Shown here: piece after piece, positions 36,509 through 46,570 of the stretch
Numbering within the stretch: position 1 is the first letter of the stretch
Layout of the letters: each line of letters opens with the position of its first letter
Assembly (NCBI GenBank): GCA_046292465.1
Contig: JBKBRB010000002.1
Coordinates: 22,063 to 86,062 of the forward strand
Length of the DNA stretch: 64,000 bases
Source of the DNA: Chloroherpetonaceae bacterium
GTDB lineage: Bacteria > Bacteroidota > Chlorobiia > Chlorobiales > Thermochlorobacteraceae
Reading direction: 5' to 3'
Position numbers and translations under genes: made by a program
Notes under the pieces: model-generated
Database searches by the model: none
The model's input: the letters and a program-made list of their open reading frames with translations, nothing else
What the model was told of the DNA's origin: nothing

Positions 36509-37540
36509 ATGCACACAAAGCCGATTATTTTACTCACGCAGGGCGATATTAACGGAATTGGGACAGAGCTCATTTTGAAATCCTTTCCGAAACTTCGCCG
36601 CTTGAACACTCAACTTTGTGCGGTTGGCTCATTGCGCGAATTTGAGTTTCATCGTCAGCATCTTGGCTTGTCCATTACGCTTTCTGAAATCGATTCTCTC
36701 GATAAACTTTCCTCACTGCCGCGCACAGCCCTTCCAATTTTGAATCTGGAACACAAGGCAAAAACGCATTTCGGTAAAATTCGCGCCGATGCGGGCGACC
36801 TTTCGATGAAAGCCGTCGAGCATGCCGCCATTCTTTGTCTCGAGCGCAAAGCCGACGCGATGGTAACTGCGCCGATTCACAAAGAAGCAATTTCAAAAGC
36901 AGGCTGGAAGTTTGAAGGACACACGGATTATCTTGCCGCGCTTTCAAGCCGACAAGTTCAAATGCTTCTTGTGGACGAGCGTTCAAAATTGCGCGTCGCA
37001 CTTGCAACCGTTCATGTTCCAATCTCCAAAGTCTCGGAACGCTTGATTTCACAAGGGATTTCGGACAAGGTTGCGATGCTTGACGAAGCGTTGAAGCGCG
37101 ATTTCGGCATTGCAAAGCCGCGCATTGCCGTTTTAGGACTCAATCCGCATGCCTCGGACGGTGGCGTGATTGGCAAAGAGGAAGAAGAGGTCTTGAAGCC
37201 GATGTTGAAAACATTGAAGCGCAAATATGCACTCGATGGCGTCTTTGCGGCTGATGGATTTTTCGGCGCGAAACACTATCGTAACTACGATGCGGTGCTG
37301 GCAATGTATCACGACCAAGCCTTGATTCCGTTTAAGATGTTGGCTTTTGAAACCGGCGTTAATCTCACGCTCGGCTTGCCGTTTGTGCGCACCTCGCCCG
37401 ACCATGGAACTGCTTTTGACATTGCAGGCAAAGGCGTTGCGAATGCTTCAAGTTTCATTTGCGCCGTTGAACTTGCGCTCAAATTATCTTTTTCGCGCAA
37501 GGCACATGCTATGCCATTTCCAACCGACCAAGCGCATTGA
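36509..37540 (+). CDS. pdxA: 4-hydroxythreonine-4-phosphate dehydrogenase
   Basis: GDINGIGTE, TAPIHK, GHTDY, LNPHA, MYHDQ, RTSPDHGTAFDIAG. Confidence 0.93.
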   Translation: MHTKPIILLTQGDINGIGTELILKSFPKLRRLNTQLCAVGSLREFEFHRQHLGLSITLSEIDSLDKLSSLPRTALPILNLEHKAKTHFGKIRADAGDLSMKAVEHAAILCLERKADAMVTAPIHKEAISKAGWKFEGHTDYLAALSSRQVQMLLVDERSKLRVALATVHVPISKVSERLISQGISDKVAMLDEALKRDFGIAKPRIAVLGLNPHASDGGVIGKEEEEVLKPMLKTLKRKYALDGVFAADGFFGAKHYRNYDAVLAMYHDQALIPFKMLAFETGVNLTLGLPFVRTSPDHGTAFDIAGKGVANASSFICAVELALKLSFSRKAHAMPFPTDQAH

Positions 37541-38030
37541 CGGTGTTCTGCAAAAATTCCGTCGCAATCGTCTGCATTTTGTTTTTCATCTGCGCCGACA
37601 TAAACGCCTCGCCCATCAACATTCCAAGCGGATGCAGTTCCGTTCCTGAATTTCGATGCAGTTCAATCGAGAGGTTCATTGTAACCAGCGTCTGCTCAGG
37701 CGCAACATACTCAAAGGCAAGCGTGCAATCCATCAAATTCCTTTGTCCGTTGCGCAAGGCGTGATGATGAAATGTATCGTTTTCGTGATGATATTCGGTC
37801 AAAATCCGAAGGTTAATCGGCGCGGCGAGCGGCATTGGAATTTCATACTCCCACTCATAGAGCGGCTTTGCGTCAGGACTTTCACCGACAGGACGAACCG
37901 CTTTGACATTCGGCATATATTGCTCAAAGGTTTTGGGGCTTGCAAGAAATTCCATTAAGCGGGATTTTTCAATCGGGACATCATACACGGTGCAAATTTG
38001 CGCACCGACTTGAAACATGTTCGTTTGCAT
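37509..38030 (-). CDS. SRPBCC/START-like hypothetical protein
   Basis: FLASPKTFEQYMPNVKAV followed by a strand-rich core and a C-terminal helix. Confidence 0.55.
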   Translation of the reverse strand: MQTNMFQVGAQICTVYDVPIEKSRLMEFLASPKTFEQYMPNVKAVRPVGESPDAKPLYEWEYEIPMPLAAPINLRILTEYHHENDTFHHHALRNGQRNLMDCTLAFEYVAPEQTLVTMNLSIELHRNSGTELHPLGMLMGEAFMSAQMKNKMQTIATEFLQNTVNALGRLEMA

Positions 38031-38157
38031 TGTCCGAAGTAAAATAAGTGTTGTCGGCGTAACCGTTCTTCGAACTTCTTCTTTGATTACGATTAAATTA
38101 ACAAACTCTTTTCAATCTTGTATTCGTTTCAACCGTTTCGTTTTCAACCATCTCGAC

Positions 38158-39333
38158 ATGCACAAACTCACCTTGCGCAAAAACGAAGAACGCCGACTCC
38201 GCGCGGGGCATCAATGGATTTTCAGCAATGAACTCCTTGATGTTCCAAAGCATATTCCTGCAGGCGAAGTCGTCGCGCTTTATTCACACGCCAATCATTT
38301 TCTCGGCATTGGATTTTTTAATCCGCACTCGCTTATTTCGTTTCGCTTGCTTTCAGAAGTCCAACAAGAAATTTCACAAACCTTTTTTGAAGCGCGATTC
38401 CAACAAGCCTACGACCTGCGCAAAAAACTTTATCCCGAAAGCCATACCAACGCCTTCCGCCTTGTTCATGCCGAAAGCGACCGCCTTTCAGGCTTGATTA
38501 TCGATAAGTTTGATTCCGTTTTTTCAGTACAAACTTTTTCGGCAGGCATGGAAAAACACTTGCCCGACATTTGCAATGCCTTGAACTCTCTTTTTTCGCC
38601 GAAGGCAATCGTCATTCGCAACGAATCCGAACTGCGCTTGCTCGAAGGCTTATCGCCATACAAGCGCGTTGAATACGGCTCTCTTGAAGGCAACATTGAG
38701 ATTTACGACGGCGATATTTTTTATTTGGTTGATGTGTTAAACGGACACAAGACGGGATTTTTTTTAGACCAGCGCGAAAACCGAAAAGCCATTCGTCCGT
38801 TCGCTCATAACGCCGACGTGCTCGATGTTTTCACCAGCGACGGCGGATTCGCGCTCAATGCGTGTAAAGCCCAAGCCAAAAGCGTTCTAGCCATTGATGC
38901 CTCTGACGATGCACTCGCTCGCACCACACGCAACGCCGAGCGCAATGGCTTTTCACAACTGCAAACCCTTAAAGCCGATGCCTTCAATGTTTTGGAAGAA
39001 TTTGTGAAAGAAAAGCGTCAATACGACCTTGTGATGCTCGACCCGCCAAGCCTGACAAAATCAAAGAAAACTGTTGCAACCGCTCTTCAAGCCTATCGCA
39101 AACTCAATCGATTAGGAATTTCTCTTGTGAAGCCAAACGGATTTTTTGCAACGTCCTCTTGCTCTCACCACATTGGCGAATCAGAGTTTTTCGAGACCGT
39201 TCAGAAAGCCAGTCGTGATGCCAAGCGCGAAATCGTGTTGCTTCAAAAAGCCTCACAAGCCCCTGACCACCCCGTCTTGCTTGCTATGCCTGAAACAAGG
39301 TATTTGAAGTTTGGTTTGTTTTTCGTTCGCTAA
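38158..39333 (+). CDS. RlmI/RlmK-family SAM-dependent rRNA methyltransferase
   Basis: Start at ATG 38158; PUA-like GHQWIFSNE, GHKTGFFLDQRENR, LDPP, SSCSHH, ETRYLK. Confidence 0.88.
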   Translation: MHKLTLRKNEERRLRAGHQWIFSNELLDVPKHIPAGEVVALYSHANHFLGIGFFNPHSLISFRLLSEVQQEISQTFFEARFQQAYDLRKKLYPESHTNAFRLVHAESDRLSGLIIDKFDSVFSVQTFSAGMEKHLPDICNALNSLFSPKAIVIRNESELRLLEGLSPYKRVEYGSLEGNIEIYDGDIFYLVDVLNGHKTGFFLDQRENRKAIRPFAHNADVLDVFTSDGGFALNACKAQAKSVLAIDASDDALARTTRNAERNGFSQLQTLKADAFNVLEEFVKEKRQYDLVMLDPPSLTKSKKTVATALQAYRKLNRLGISLVKPNGFFATSSCSHHIGESEFFETVQKASRDAKREIVLLQKASQAPDHPVLLAMPETRYLKFGLFFVR

Positions 39334-39339
39334 AACCGA

Positions 39340-39435
39340 GAACACCGATGAAACGGATTAGACGGACTTTCACGGATTTCTTTCTCAAAAAAATCTGTGT
39401 CCTTTCTGCAAAATCCGTCCAATCGGTGTTCCATC
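39340..39435. repeat. Palindromic intergenic element built of ~9-nt ACGGAT/ATCCGT-like units
   Basis: gaacaccgat-gaaacggat-tagacggac-tttcacggat ... aaatctgtgt-cctttctgca-aaatccgtcc-aatcggtgttc; the outer 10 bp (39340-39349/39422-39431) are perfectly complementary. Confidence 0.8.
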
Positions 39436-39439
39436 AGAC

Positions 39440-40594
39440 TTATGCGCGGAGCAAATCGCGTGCAATCACAATGCGTTGGACTTCGGAAGTGCCTTCGTAA
39501 ATCTCGGTGATTTTCGCGTCGCGCAAGTATCGCTCGACTTCATACTCTTGCACGTAGCCGTATCCGCCGTGAATTTGAATTGCTTCTAAGGCGGCTTTAA
39601 CGGCAAGGCGAGACGCAAAAAGTTTGGCAATGCCTGCCTGACGCGAATACTTGACGTGGCGGTCTTTCATCCACGCGGCTTGAAGCGTTAAGAGGCGCGC
39701 GGCGTCGAGTTCGGTTGCCATATCGGCGAGTTTCATTTGAATGGCTTGATGCTCGATAATCATTTTGCCGAAGGAGTGCCGCTCTTTGGCATATTTGAGT
39801 GCGCGTTCAAGCGAAGCGGCGGCAATGCCGAGTGCTTGTGCAGCAATGCCGATTCGTCCGCCGTCTAAACTGCGCATCGCGATTTTGAATCCCTCGCCTT
39901 CCGGTCCGAGCATATTAGCGGCGGGAACGCGGCAGTCTGTAAATCCAAGCGAACAAGTATCGCTCGAGCGAATACCAAGTTTTTTTTCTTTCTTCAAAAT
40001 TTCAAAGCCGGGCGTGCCGCGTTCGACGATGAAGCAAGAAATGCCGTGCGCTTTTTTCTCTTTGTTCGTCATGGCAAACACGAGATAGACCTCGCTTGTT
40101 GTGCCGTTGGTAATCCAATTTTTCGTGCCGTTGAGAATGTAGTGGTCGCCATCGCGCACCGCAGTTGTGGTTTGAGCGGTGGCGTCGCTTCCGGCATTCG
40201 GTTCAGAAAGGCAGAACGCGCCGATATACATTTTCCCATCTTTTAAGCCTTTGGCAAGCGGACGCAAGTATTTCTCTTTTTGTTCAGGCGTGCCGTATTC
40301 TTCAATGCCCCAACAGACAAGCGAATTATTGACCGACATAATCACGCCGACGCTTGCATCGGCTTTTGAAATTTCCTCCATTGCCAGCACGTAGCTAATT
40401 GTATCCATGCCTGCGCCGTCGTATTCAGGCGAAACCATCATTCCCAGAAAGCCGAGTTCGCCAAGTTTTCTGACAATCTCGTAAGGGAATTCTTCTTTTT
40501 CGTCGCGCTCGATGGCGTCTTTGATTTCGTTTTGAGCAAAGTCGCGCGCGGCTTGTTGAATCATTAAGTGCTCTTCGGTGAGTGTGAAATTCAT
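39440..40594 (-). CDS. Acyl-CoA dehydrogenase (short-chain/butyryl-CoA type)
   Basis: Start MNFTLTEEH; FCLSEPNAGSDA, GTKNWIT, GRIGIAAQALG, IHGGYGY, IYEGTSEVQ. Confidence 0.92.
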   Translation of the reverse strand: MNFTLTEEHLMIQQAARDFAQNEIKDAIERDEKEEFPYEIVRKLGELGFLGMMVSPEYDGAGMDTISYVLAMEEISKADASVGVIMSVNNSLVCWGIEEYGTPEQKEKYLRPLAKGLKDGKMYIGAFCLSEPNAGSDATAQTTTAVRDGDHYILNGTKNWITNGTTSEVYLVFAMTNKEKKAHGISCFIVERGTPGFEILKKEKKLGIRSSDTCSLGFTDCRVPAANMLGPEGEGFKIAMRSLDGGRIGIAAQALGIAAASLERALKYAKERHSFGKMIIEHQAIQMKLADMATELDAARLLTLQAAWMKDRHVKYSRQAGIAKLFASRLAVKAALEAIQIHGGYGYVQEYEVERYLRDAKITEIYEGTSEVQRIVIARDLLRA

Positions 40595-40678
40595 TGTCGT
40601 AGAAAATTGAACGGTGATTGAAAACTTCAAATTGATTGAAGTGGAAAATAGAAGTTCGGCGGGGAAATGCGAAATGGT

Positions 40679-42514
40679 TTATTGCATGGCTTGAACTGGC
40701 AACTCGACAATGAAGGTTGCGCCTTTATCTTTGCCTTCCGATTCTGCCCAGATTTTTCCGCCGTGCAGTTCGACAAGTTTCTTGACGATAGAAAGCCCAA
40801 GCCCGGTTGAACTTTCGCCGCCGGTGGGTCGTGCAGAAAGTCGCTGAAATTTTCCGAACAGTTTTTTCATGTCTTCTTCGGTCAAGCCTTGCCCTTCATC
40901 TTGCACCGATAATCGCACGACGCCATTTGTGCCTCGTGCGACGGTTACTCGAACTGTTTTTTCAGGCGGGGAGTATTTAATCGCATTGCTAATCAAGTTT
41001 TCAACCACTTCCTTCATTCGCTCGACATCAATGCTCACGATGCAATTTTCTTCGATGCTTACTTCAAGTTTTTGGCGTTTGGCTTCTGCCATCAAATAAA
41101 AGTTTTCGCTAATGACTTGAACCATCAAGCCTAAATCGCTATTGGTTCGCTTTAACTCCAATTTACCTGCATCGATTGCCGCGGTTTGCAAAAGGTCTTC
41201 AATCAAGCCGAGCATTTTTTGTGAAGCGCGTCGAATAGATGAGGCTTTTTTGTTGATTGAGGCGAGTTGCTTGGATTCTTCGCTAATGAGTTCAGCAAAG
41301 CCCATAATGATTTGAAGCGGATTTTTGAGGTCGTGCGCCGCAATGGCTAAGAGTTCGTTTTTGAGTTGATTGGCTTGTTGCAGTTCTTCGTTCAGACGCA
41401 CAAGGTCTTCGTTTTTGAGGCGATAGAGTTCGGCTTCGCGTTGCGATTTGTCCAATTCATATTTGAGCGTGAGTTTCTTCGTTTTTTCTTCGGATTGCTC
41501 GAGCAAGAGTGCTTTTTCAAGTTCATGAAATTTGACGAAATGCTCATATGCTTTTTGGTAGTCGCCCAGTTCGCGATAGGCTTCGGCGAGCAACTGTCGG
41601 GCTTGTTTTTCAATGATTTTTGTTCCGATTTCTTGCGAGAGCGTTACACTTTCCATCAAATATGTTATGGAGGCTTGATACTGTTTGCTGGTCAGCAAAG
41701 CGTGTCCAATAGCTTGAATCGTATGCGCCTCGCCGCTTTTGTCGCCCATTGCTCTGCGTCGCTCCAAACTTTTTTTCATCATCTCCAAGCCTTTCTCGAC
41801 CTCACCTAAATCAAAGTAAGCCGCGCCCGCATTCAGTAGTGAGACGCTGATTTCGCGTTCTTGATGGGTTTTTGTTCTTATTTCAAGGGATTCTAAGAAG
41901 TAATCGAGGGCTTTTTGCTTGTCGTTGTTGTAGTAATGAATCGTGCCGATGTTGCTTAGCACTGTGCCCCACTCCAGATAAAGTTCGCAAGCTTTGGCAA
42001 GTTCTAAGGCTTCTTCATAGAACTCTTGCGCTTTTTCCAAATTCCCCATGGTTTGATAAAGCCCCCCGATATTGATGAGCGTGCCACACTGCTGAACTTT
42101 ATCGTTCATTTGCATATTGATTTGCAATGCAAACATATAGCACTCCATCGCTTTGCTATGCTCTCCCAATTTCCAATACACCAAGCCTTTATTTGTAAGC
42201 ACACTTGCCTGACTACGCACATCTTGCAAGTTTTGAAACTCGTCCAACGATTTATTCAAGTGATTGAGTGCTTCTTGGTAGTTGCCACGATTGTAGGCAA
42301 AGACGCCTTTGTTTCGGAACGACGAGGCAATTCCAAATCGATGTCGCAATTGTAAGGCAAGCGACAAGGCTTCGTCAGAGAGGATTTCCGCTCGCGCCAT
42401 GTCGTTTGAGCGCAGTTGATAGGCAAGTTCATTCATCAGGTCGATTCTCTCCCGCTCATCACTCGCCTTCGAAAGACGCACTTCAAGCGAATGAATTTTC
42501 TCGTCAGGGCTCAT
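40679..42514 (-). CDS. Soluble TPR-repeat sensor histidine kinase
   Basis: Multiple TPRs; H-box AAHDLKNPL, N-box NLISNAIKY, DEGQG, STGLGL. No TM segment. Confidence 0.9.
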   Translation of the reverse strand: MSPDEKIHSLEVRLSKASDERERIDLMNELAYQLRSNDMARAEILSDEALSLALQLRHRFGIASSFRNKGVFAYNRGNYQEALNHLNKSLDEFQNLQDVRSQASVLTNKGLVYWKLGEHSKAMECYMFALQINMQMNDKVQQCGTLINIGGLYQTMGNLEKAQEFYEEALELAKACELYLEWGTVLSNIGTIHYYNNDKQKALDYFLESLEIRTKTHQEREISVSLLNAGAAYFDLGEVEKGLEMMKKSLERRRAMGDKSGEAHTIQAIGHALLTSKQYQASITYLMESVTLSQEIGTKIIEKQARQLLAEAYRELGDYQKAYEHFVKFHELEKALLLEQSEEKTKKLTLKYELDKSQREAELYRLKNEDLVRLNEELQQANQLKNELLAIAAHDLKNPLQIIMGFAELISEESKQLASINKKASSIRRASQKMLGLIEDLLQTAAIDAGKLELKRTNSDLGLMVQVISENFYLMAEAKRQKLEVSIEENCIVSIDVERMKEVVENLISNAIKYSPPEKTVRVTVARGTNGVVRLSVQDEGQGLTEEDMKKLFGKFQRLSARPTGGESSTGLGLSIVKKLVELHGGKIWAESEGKDKGATFIVELPVQAMQ

Positions 42515-42527
42515 GTTTGCATGTGCG

Positions 42528-43328
42528 CTAAAAATTCGGCGTGTATCGGTTTTCAGGATAAAATTGCTTGATAATATCCATTGCTTCTTCAGGCGAATCG
42601 ACGAGGAAAATAAAGTCCATGTCGTTTTCGCCGATGTAATGATGTTTTTCCATCAGCGTTTTTTTTATCCACTTCCATAAATCGCCCCAAAATTCTTTGC
42701 CTATCAAGATGACAGGAAACATGGTGATTTTCTGCGTTTGAATGAGCGTAATGGCTTCGAAAAATTCGTCCATTGTACCGTATCCGCCGGGCATGACGAT
42801 AAAGGCTTGCGAATACTTAACGAACATGACTTTTCGGACGAAGAAGTAGTCAAACCAGATGAGCCGCTCTTTGTCGATGTAAGGATTGGCTTCTTGCTCG
42901 AAGGGCAGAACGATGTTCAAGCCGACCGAAACGCCGCCTGCTTTTTTCGCGCCTTTGTTGCCTGCTTCCATAATTCCTGGTCCGCCGCCCGTAATGACGC
43001 CAAGCCCGTGCTCTGCCAAGAGTTCCGCCATTCGCTCTGCCATTTTGTAATACTTGTCCGTTGGCTTCACGCGCGCTGAGCCGAAGATGGCAACCGATGG
43101 TCCAGCTTCCGCCATTTTCTCAAAGCCCGTAACGAACTCCGCCATGATGCGAAAGATGCGCCAGCCGTCGTGGCTTAAATCTGCCCACTTTTCCATCTTG
43201 CTTCGGAACGCTTCAGAGACTTGCTCTGCGGCATTGACAACTTTTGGCGGCGCACCGTTGCTTTTTTTAAGCACGATGTTCCCTGTTCGAGAAAACTTCG
43301 TTACTGATTTTTTCTTTGTGCTTTTCAT
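42528..43328 (-). CDS. LOG family protein (TIGR00730)
   Basis: Start MKSTKKK at 43328; FGSAR, TGGGPGIMEA, FFVRKVMF, PGGYGTMDE. Confidence 0.88.
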   Translation of the reverse strand: MKSTKKKSVTKFSRTGNIVLKKSNGAPPKVVNAAEQVSEAFRSKMEKWADLSHDGWRIFRIMAEFVTGFEKMAEAGPSVAIFGSARVKPTDKYYKMAERMAELLAEHGLGVITGGGPGIMEAGNKGAKKAGGVSVGLNIVLPFEQEANPYIDKERLIWFDYFFVRKVMFVKYSQAFIVMPGGYGTMDEFFEAITLIQTQKITMFPVILIGKEFWGDLWKWIKKTLMEKHHYIGENDMDFIFLVDSPEEAMDIIKQFYPENRYTPNF

Positions 43329-43333
43329 TTGTG

Positions 43334-43900
43334 CTACTGAAGCGTTAAAAAGTTTTTGAGAATTTTTTTGCCTTCGGCGGTCATAATCGATTCGGGGTGA
43401 AACTGCACGCCGTAAAGTTTTTTCTCTTTCGATTCTAATCCCATAATAGTGCCATCGTCTGTCCAAGCCGTCACGGCGAGGCTTTCGGGCAAGGTCTCTC
43501 TTTCGACGACGAGCGAATGATAACGCGTTGCCTCAAACGGATTTTCAACATCTTGGAAAATTCCCTCACGGTTGTGATGCACTTTTGACACTTTGCCATG
43601 CATGGGCTTCGGCGCGCGAATCACCTTTCCACCTAAGGCTTGCCCAATCGATTGATGCCCCAAGCAAACCCCGAGAATCGGAATCCGTGATTGAAACCGC
43701 TCAATCACACCCAGCGAAATGCCCGCTTCATTCGGCGTGCATGGACCGGGCGAAATGACGATTTTTTCAGGTTGCTTTTTCTCGATGTCGTCCAGCGTCA
43801 GTTCATCGTTGCGATAAACTTCCATCTCTGCCCCAAGTTCGCCGAAGTATTGAACTAAGTTGTAGGTGAATGAATCGTAGTTATCAATGACGAGCAACAT
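43334..43900 (-). CDS. trpG: Anthranilate/aminodeoxychorismate synthase component II
   Basis: [28 protein letters not shown]. TrpG and PabA cannot be told apart by eye. Confidence 0.88.
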   Translation of the reverse strand: MLLVIDNYDSFTYNLVQYFGELGAEMEVYRNDELTLDDIEKKQPEKIVISPGPCTPNEAGISLGVIERFQSRIPILGVCLGHQSIGQALGGKVIRAPKPMHGKVSKVHHNREGIFQDVENPFEATRYHSLVVERETLPESLAVTAWTDDGTIMGLESKEKKLYGVQFHPESIMTAEGKKILKNFLTLQ

Positions 43901-44080
43901 AGGCTGGTTTATAGTTTTGAAGATACTCTGAATTTACGCAACATTTCCGCCGTTTAGAATATCTCCAATTCTTGATACCAAATTTTTCAAACTTCCCTTG
44001 AAATCATTTCTTGCGGCACGCAGGGCGTGTTTTTCGTTGCTATATTCGCACAACTTTTTTCAATTAAATTGCCTTTTGAA

Positions 44081-45517
44081 TTGAACCGCATTATCGTTTG
44101 GCATCGACGCGATTTGCGCACGCACGATAACACTGCCCTTTACAACGCGCTCCAAGAAACCAGCGATATCGTTCCACTCTTTATTTTCGCCGATGACATT
44201 TTGAAACAGAGAAGCGACTTCTCGCCCGCATGCGTGAAGTTCATGACCGAATCGCTCAAAGATTTAGCCTTGCAATATGAACGTCTTGGCGGCAAACTCA
44301 TTCTCCGACGCGGATTGTTTCTCGAAGTTTTGCACGAGGTCGTTCGAGAGTCCGAAGCGCGTGCGATTTATTTCAACGAAGATTACGAACCCGCCGCCAA
44401 AGCCCGCGACAACGACGTGATTCAAACTTTCACCAAACTCGGTTTGCAAGTTAAAGCCTTCAAAGACCAAGCCCTTTTCGCCAAACAAGAAATTTTAACT
44501 AAGCAAGGAAAGCCTTATACCATTTTCACGCCATACAAAAAAGCATGGCTTTCGCAAGCGCATCTTATTCCGACGCCCGTCCCTGCGCCGAAACATCTCA
44601 CCACCCTTGCGATTCACTCCCTTCCGCCACTTTCACACGACGAACTCGGATTTCCATGCACACAGCAGTTGCTCGTTAAAGGCGGCTCAACCGAAGGCGA
44701 ACGCCAACTCGAGCAGTTCCTTTCCAACAAAATTCGCCGTTACAAAGAACAGCGCGATTTTCCCGCTCTCGATGGCACGAGTTTGCTTTCGGCACATTTG
44801 CGCTTTGGCACCGTCAGCGTTAGGGAAATTGTTCGCCGCGCGTTTTCACTTTTGGAAGAAATCAGAAATGAGACGGAAAAAATCGGAATTGAAACCTTTG
44901 TGAGCGAACTGATTTGGCGCGATTTTTACTTTCAGATTTTAGAGAATTTCCCCATCGTCGAGCAAGAAAGTTTCCAGCCGTTGTTTCGGAATTTGCGTTG
45001 GGAAAATCGTGATGATTACTTTGAAGCGTGGAAATCGGGCAGAACAGGTTTTCCGATTGTCGATGCCGCCATGCGCCAACTGAACACAACAGGCTGGATG
45101 CACAACCGCTTGCGGATGATTGTTGCCAGCTTTCTCACCAAAGATTTGCTCATCGATTGGCGGTGGGGCGAACGATATTTTATGCAAAGGCTCGTCGACG
45201 GCGATATGGCGGCAAACAACGGCGGTTGGCAATGGAGTGCGAGCACCGGCACGGACGCACAACCTTATTTTAGAATTTTTAATCCTGTGTCGCAGTCGCA
45301 AAAGTTTGACCCGAGTGGAAAATTCATTAAAACTTTTGTTCCTGAACTTCGCGCCGTTCCCGAAAAATATATTCACGCGCCGCATGAACTTTTGCAAAAA
45401 TCGCCACTTTTGGCAAAAGAACTTGGCGTTGAACTCGGAAAGGATTATCCGCTTCCGATTATTGACCACGCCGTTCAACGCGAGAAAGCCCTTGCGATGT
45501 TTAAATCAGCAAAGTAA
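44081..45517 (+). CDS. phrB: Deoxyribodipyrimidine photolyase (class I CPD)
   Basis: Probable TTG start at 44081; WHRRDLRTHDN, TSLLSAHLRFG, GWMHNRLRM, NNGGWQW, YFRIFNP. Confidence 0.9.
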   Translation: MNRIIVWHRRDLRTHDNTALYNALQETSDIVPLFIFADDILKQRSDFSPACVKFMTESLKDLALQYERLGGKLILRRGLFLEVLHEVVRESEARAIYFNEDYEPAAKARDNDVIQTFTKLGLQVKAFKDQALFAKQEILTKQGKPYTIFTPYKKAWLSQAHLIPTPVPAPKHLTTLAIHSLPPLSHDELGFPCTQQLLVKGGSTEGERQLEQFLSNKIRRYKEQRDFPALDGTSLLSAHLRFGTVSVREIVRRAFSLLEEIRNETEKIGIETFVSELIWRDFYFQILENFPIVEQESFQPLFRNLRWENRDDYFEAWKSGRTGFPIVDAAMRQLNTTGWMHNRLRMIVASFLTKDLLIDWRWGERYFMQRLVDGDMAANNGGWQWSASTGTDAQPYFRIFNPVSQSQKFDPSGKFIKTFVPELRAVPEKYIHAPHELLQKSPLLAKELGVELGKDYPLPIIDHAVQREKALAMFKSAK

Positions 45518-45529
45518 CCTTTTTGCACG

Positions 45530-46399
45530 ATGAACTTTCGATACATTCTTTCAGAAAGCGTTTCAGGATTTCGGCGCGCAAAACTTGCCAGTGCGATTTC
45601 CATTTTCACCATCAGCATTTCGCTGGTGTTGCTTGGTATTTTTGCGACGCTTTCGCTCAACGCCTCGCGCGTTTTGTCGGAAATTCGCTCTCGCGTAGAA
45701 GTAGAGTTCTTTTTGAGCCAATCGCTTAAAGAAAAAGACGCTAAACGCCTTGCCACATCGTTGCAAAACGAAACTTCTGTTCAAATGGCATTGTATATTT
45801 CGCCTGATAGCGCGGCACAAATTTTCAAGTCAGAATTTGGCGAAGATATTGTCGCGATTCTCGGCACAAATCCGTTGCCTGCCTCGATTAAAGTGAGGTT
45901 GAAATCTGATTATGCGACGCTCGACAGTTTGGAGCAGTTCGTCGCCGAAGTCAAAACGCGAAACGGCATTTTAGAAGCGCGATACAACAAGGAGTTTTTG
46001 GCGGGGCTTGACCGCAATGCGCGCATTTTGTTCTATGTTACTTGCGGCATTGGGATATTGATTTCCGTTGCCGCGATTGCTTTAATTTCTAACACAATTC
46101 GGCTGATTATCTTAAACAAGCAAGAAATTATTCGCACGATGCTTCTTGTTGGGGCTACAAATGGCTTTATTCGCTCTCCGTTTTTGATTGAAGGCGCGTT
46201 ACAAGGATTTTTAGGAGGGGTTTTTGCGATTGGCTTGCTTGCCCTCGTCAATGTTGCACTTTATCAAACTTATCCCGACCTCTACGCGGCAATCGCTTTG
46301 CCCGACTATCGCGTTTATGGGATTCTCGCCGTGTTGGGCTTGCTTCTGGGGCTGTTTGGAAGTTCGCTTGCCGTGCGAAAGTTTTTAAGCGGGAATTGA
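45530..46399 (+). CDS. ftsX: Cell division permease FtsX
   Basis: TM1, NPLPASI, ISNTIRL, MLLVGAT..FIRSPFLIEG. Confidence 0.88.
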   Translation: MNFRYILSESVSGFRRAKLASAISIFTISISLVLLGIFATLSLNASRVLSEIRSRVEVEFFLSQSLKEKDAKRLATSLQNETSVQMALYISPDSAAQIFKSEFGEDIVAILGTNPLPASIKVRLKSDYATLDSLEQFVAEVKTRNGILEARYNKEFLAGLDRNARILFYVTCGIGILISVAAIALISNTIRLIILNKQEIIRTMLLVGATNGFIRSPFLIEGALQGFLGGVFAIGLLALVNVALYQTYPDLYAAIALPDYRVYGILAVLGLLLGLFGSSLAVRKFLSGN

Positions 46400-46463
46400 T
46401 TTTTCAAAGTCGCTAAACCCTTGTATTTTCAGTCGCTTTTGCGGCGTGATATTGATCGGGCGT

Positions 46464-46479
46464 TGTGATAACTATCACA
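46464..46479. promoter_or_regulatory. CRP/FNR-family binding site (TGTGA-N6-TCACA)
   Basis: TGTGA taacta TCACA is an exact CRP consensus core, about 90 nt upstream of ATG 46571. Confidence 0.6.
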
Positions 46480-46529
46480 TTCAACCACTTTGAATCGGCG
46501 TAATATCGGCTTGTAACTTTCAGAACCAT

Positions 46530-46554
46530 TTATTCAACTAACTTATTCAACTAA
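46530..46554 (+). repeat. 12-bp tandem direct repeat in the leader
   Basis: ttattcaactaa-c-ttattcaactaa just before the AGGA RBS. Confidence 0.7.
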
Positions 46555-46570
46555 ACTGAGAGGATTAACG

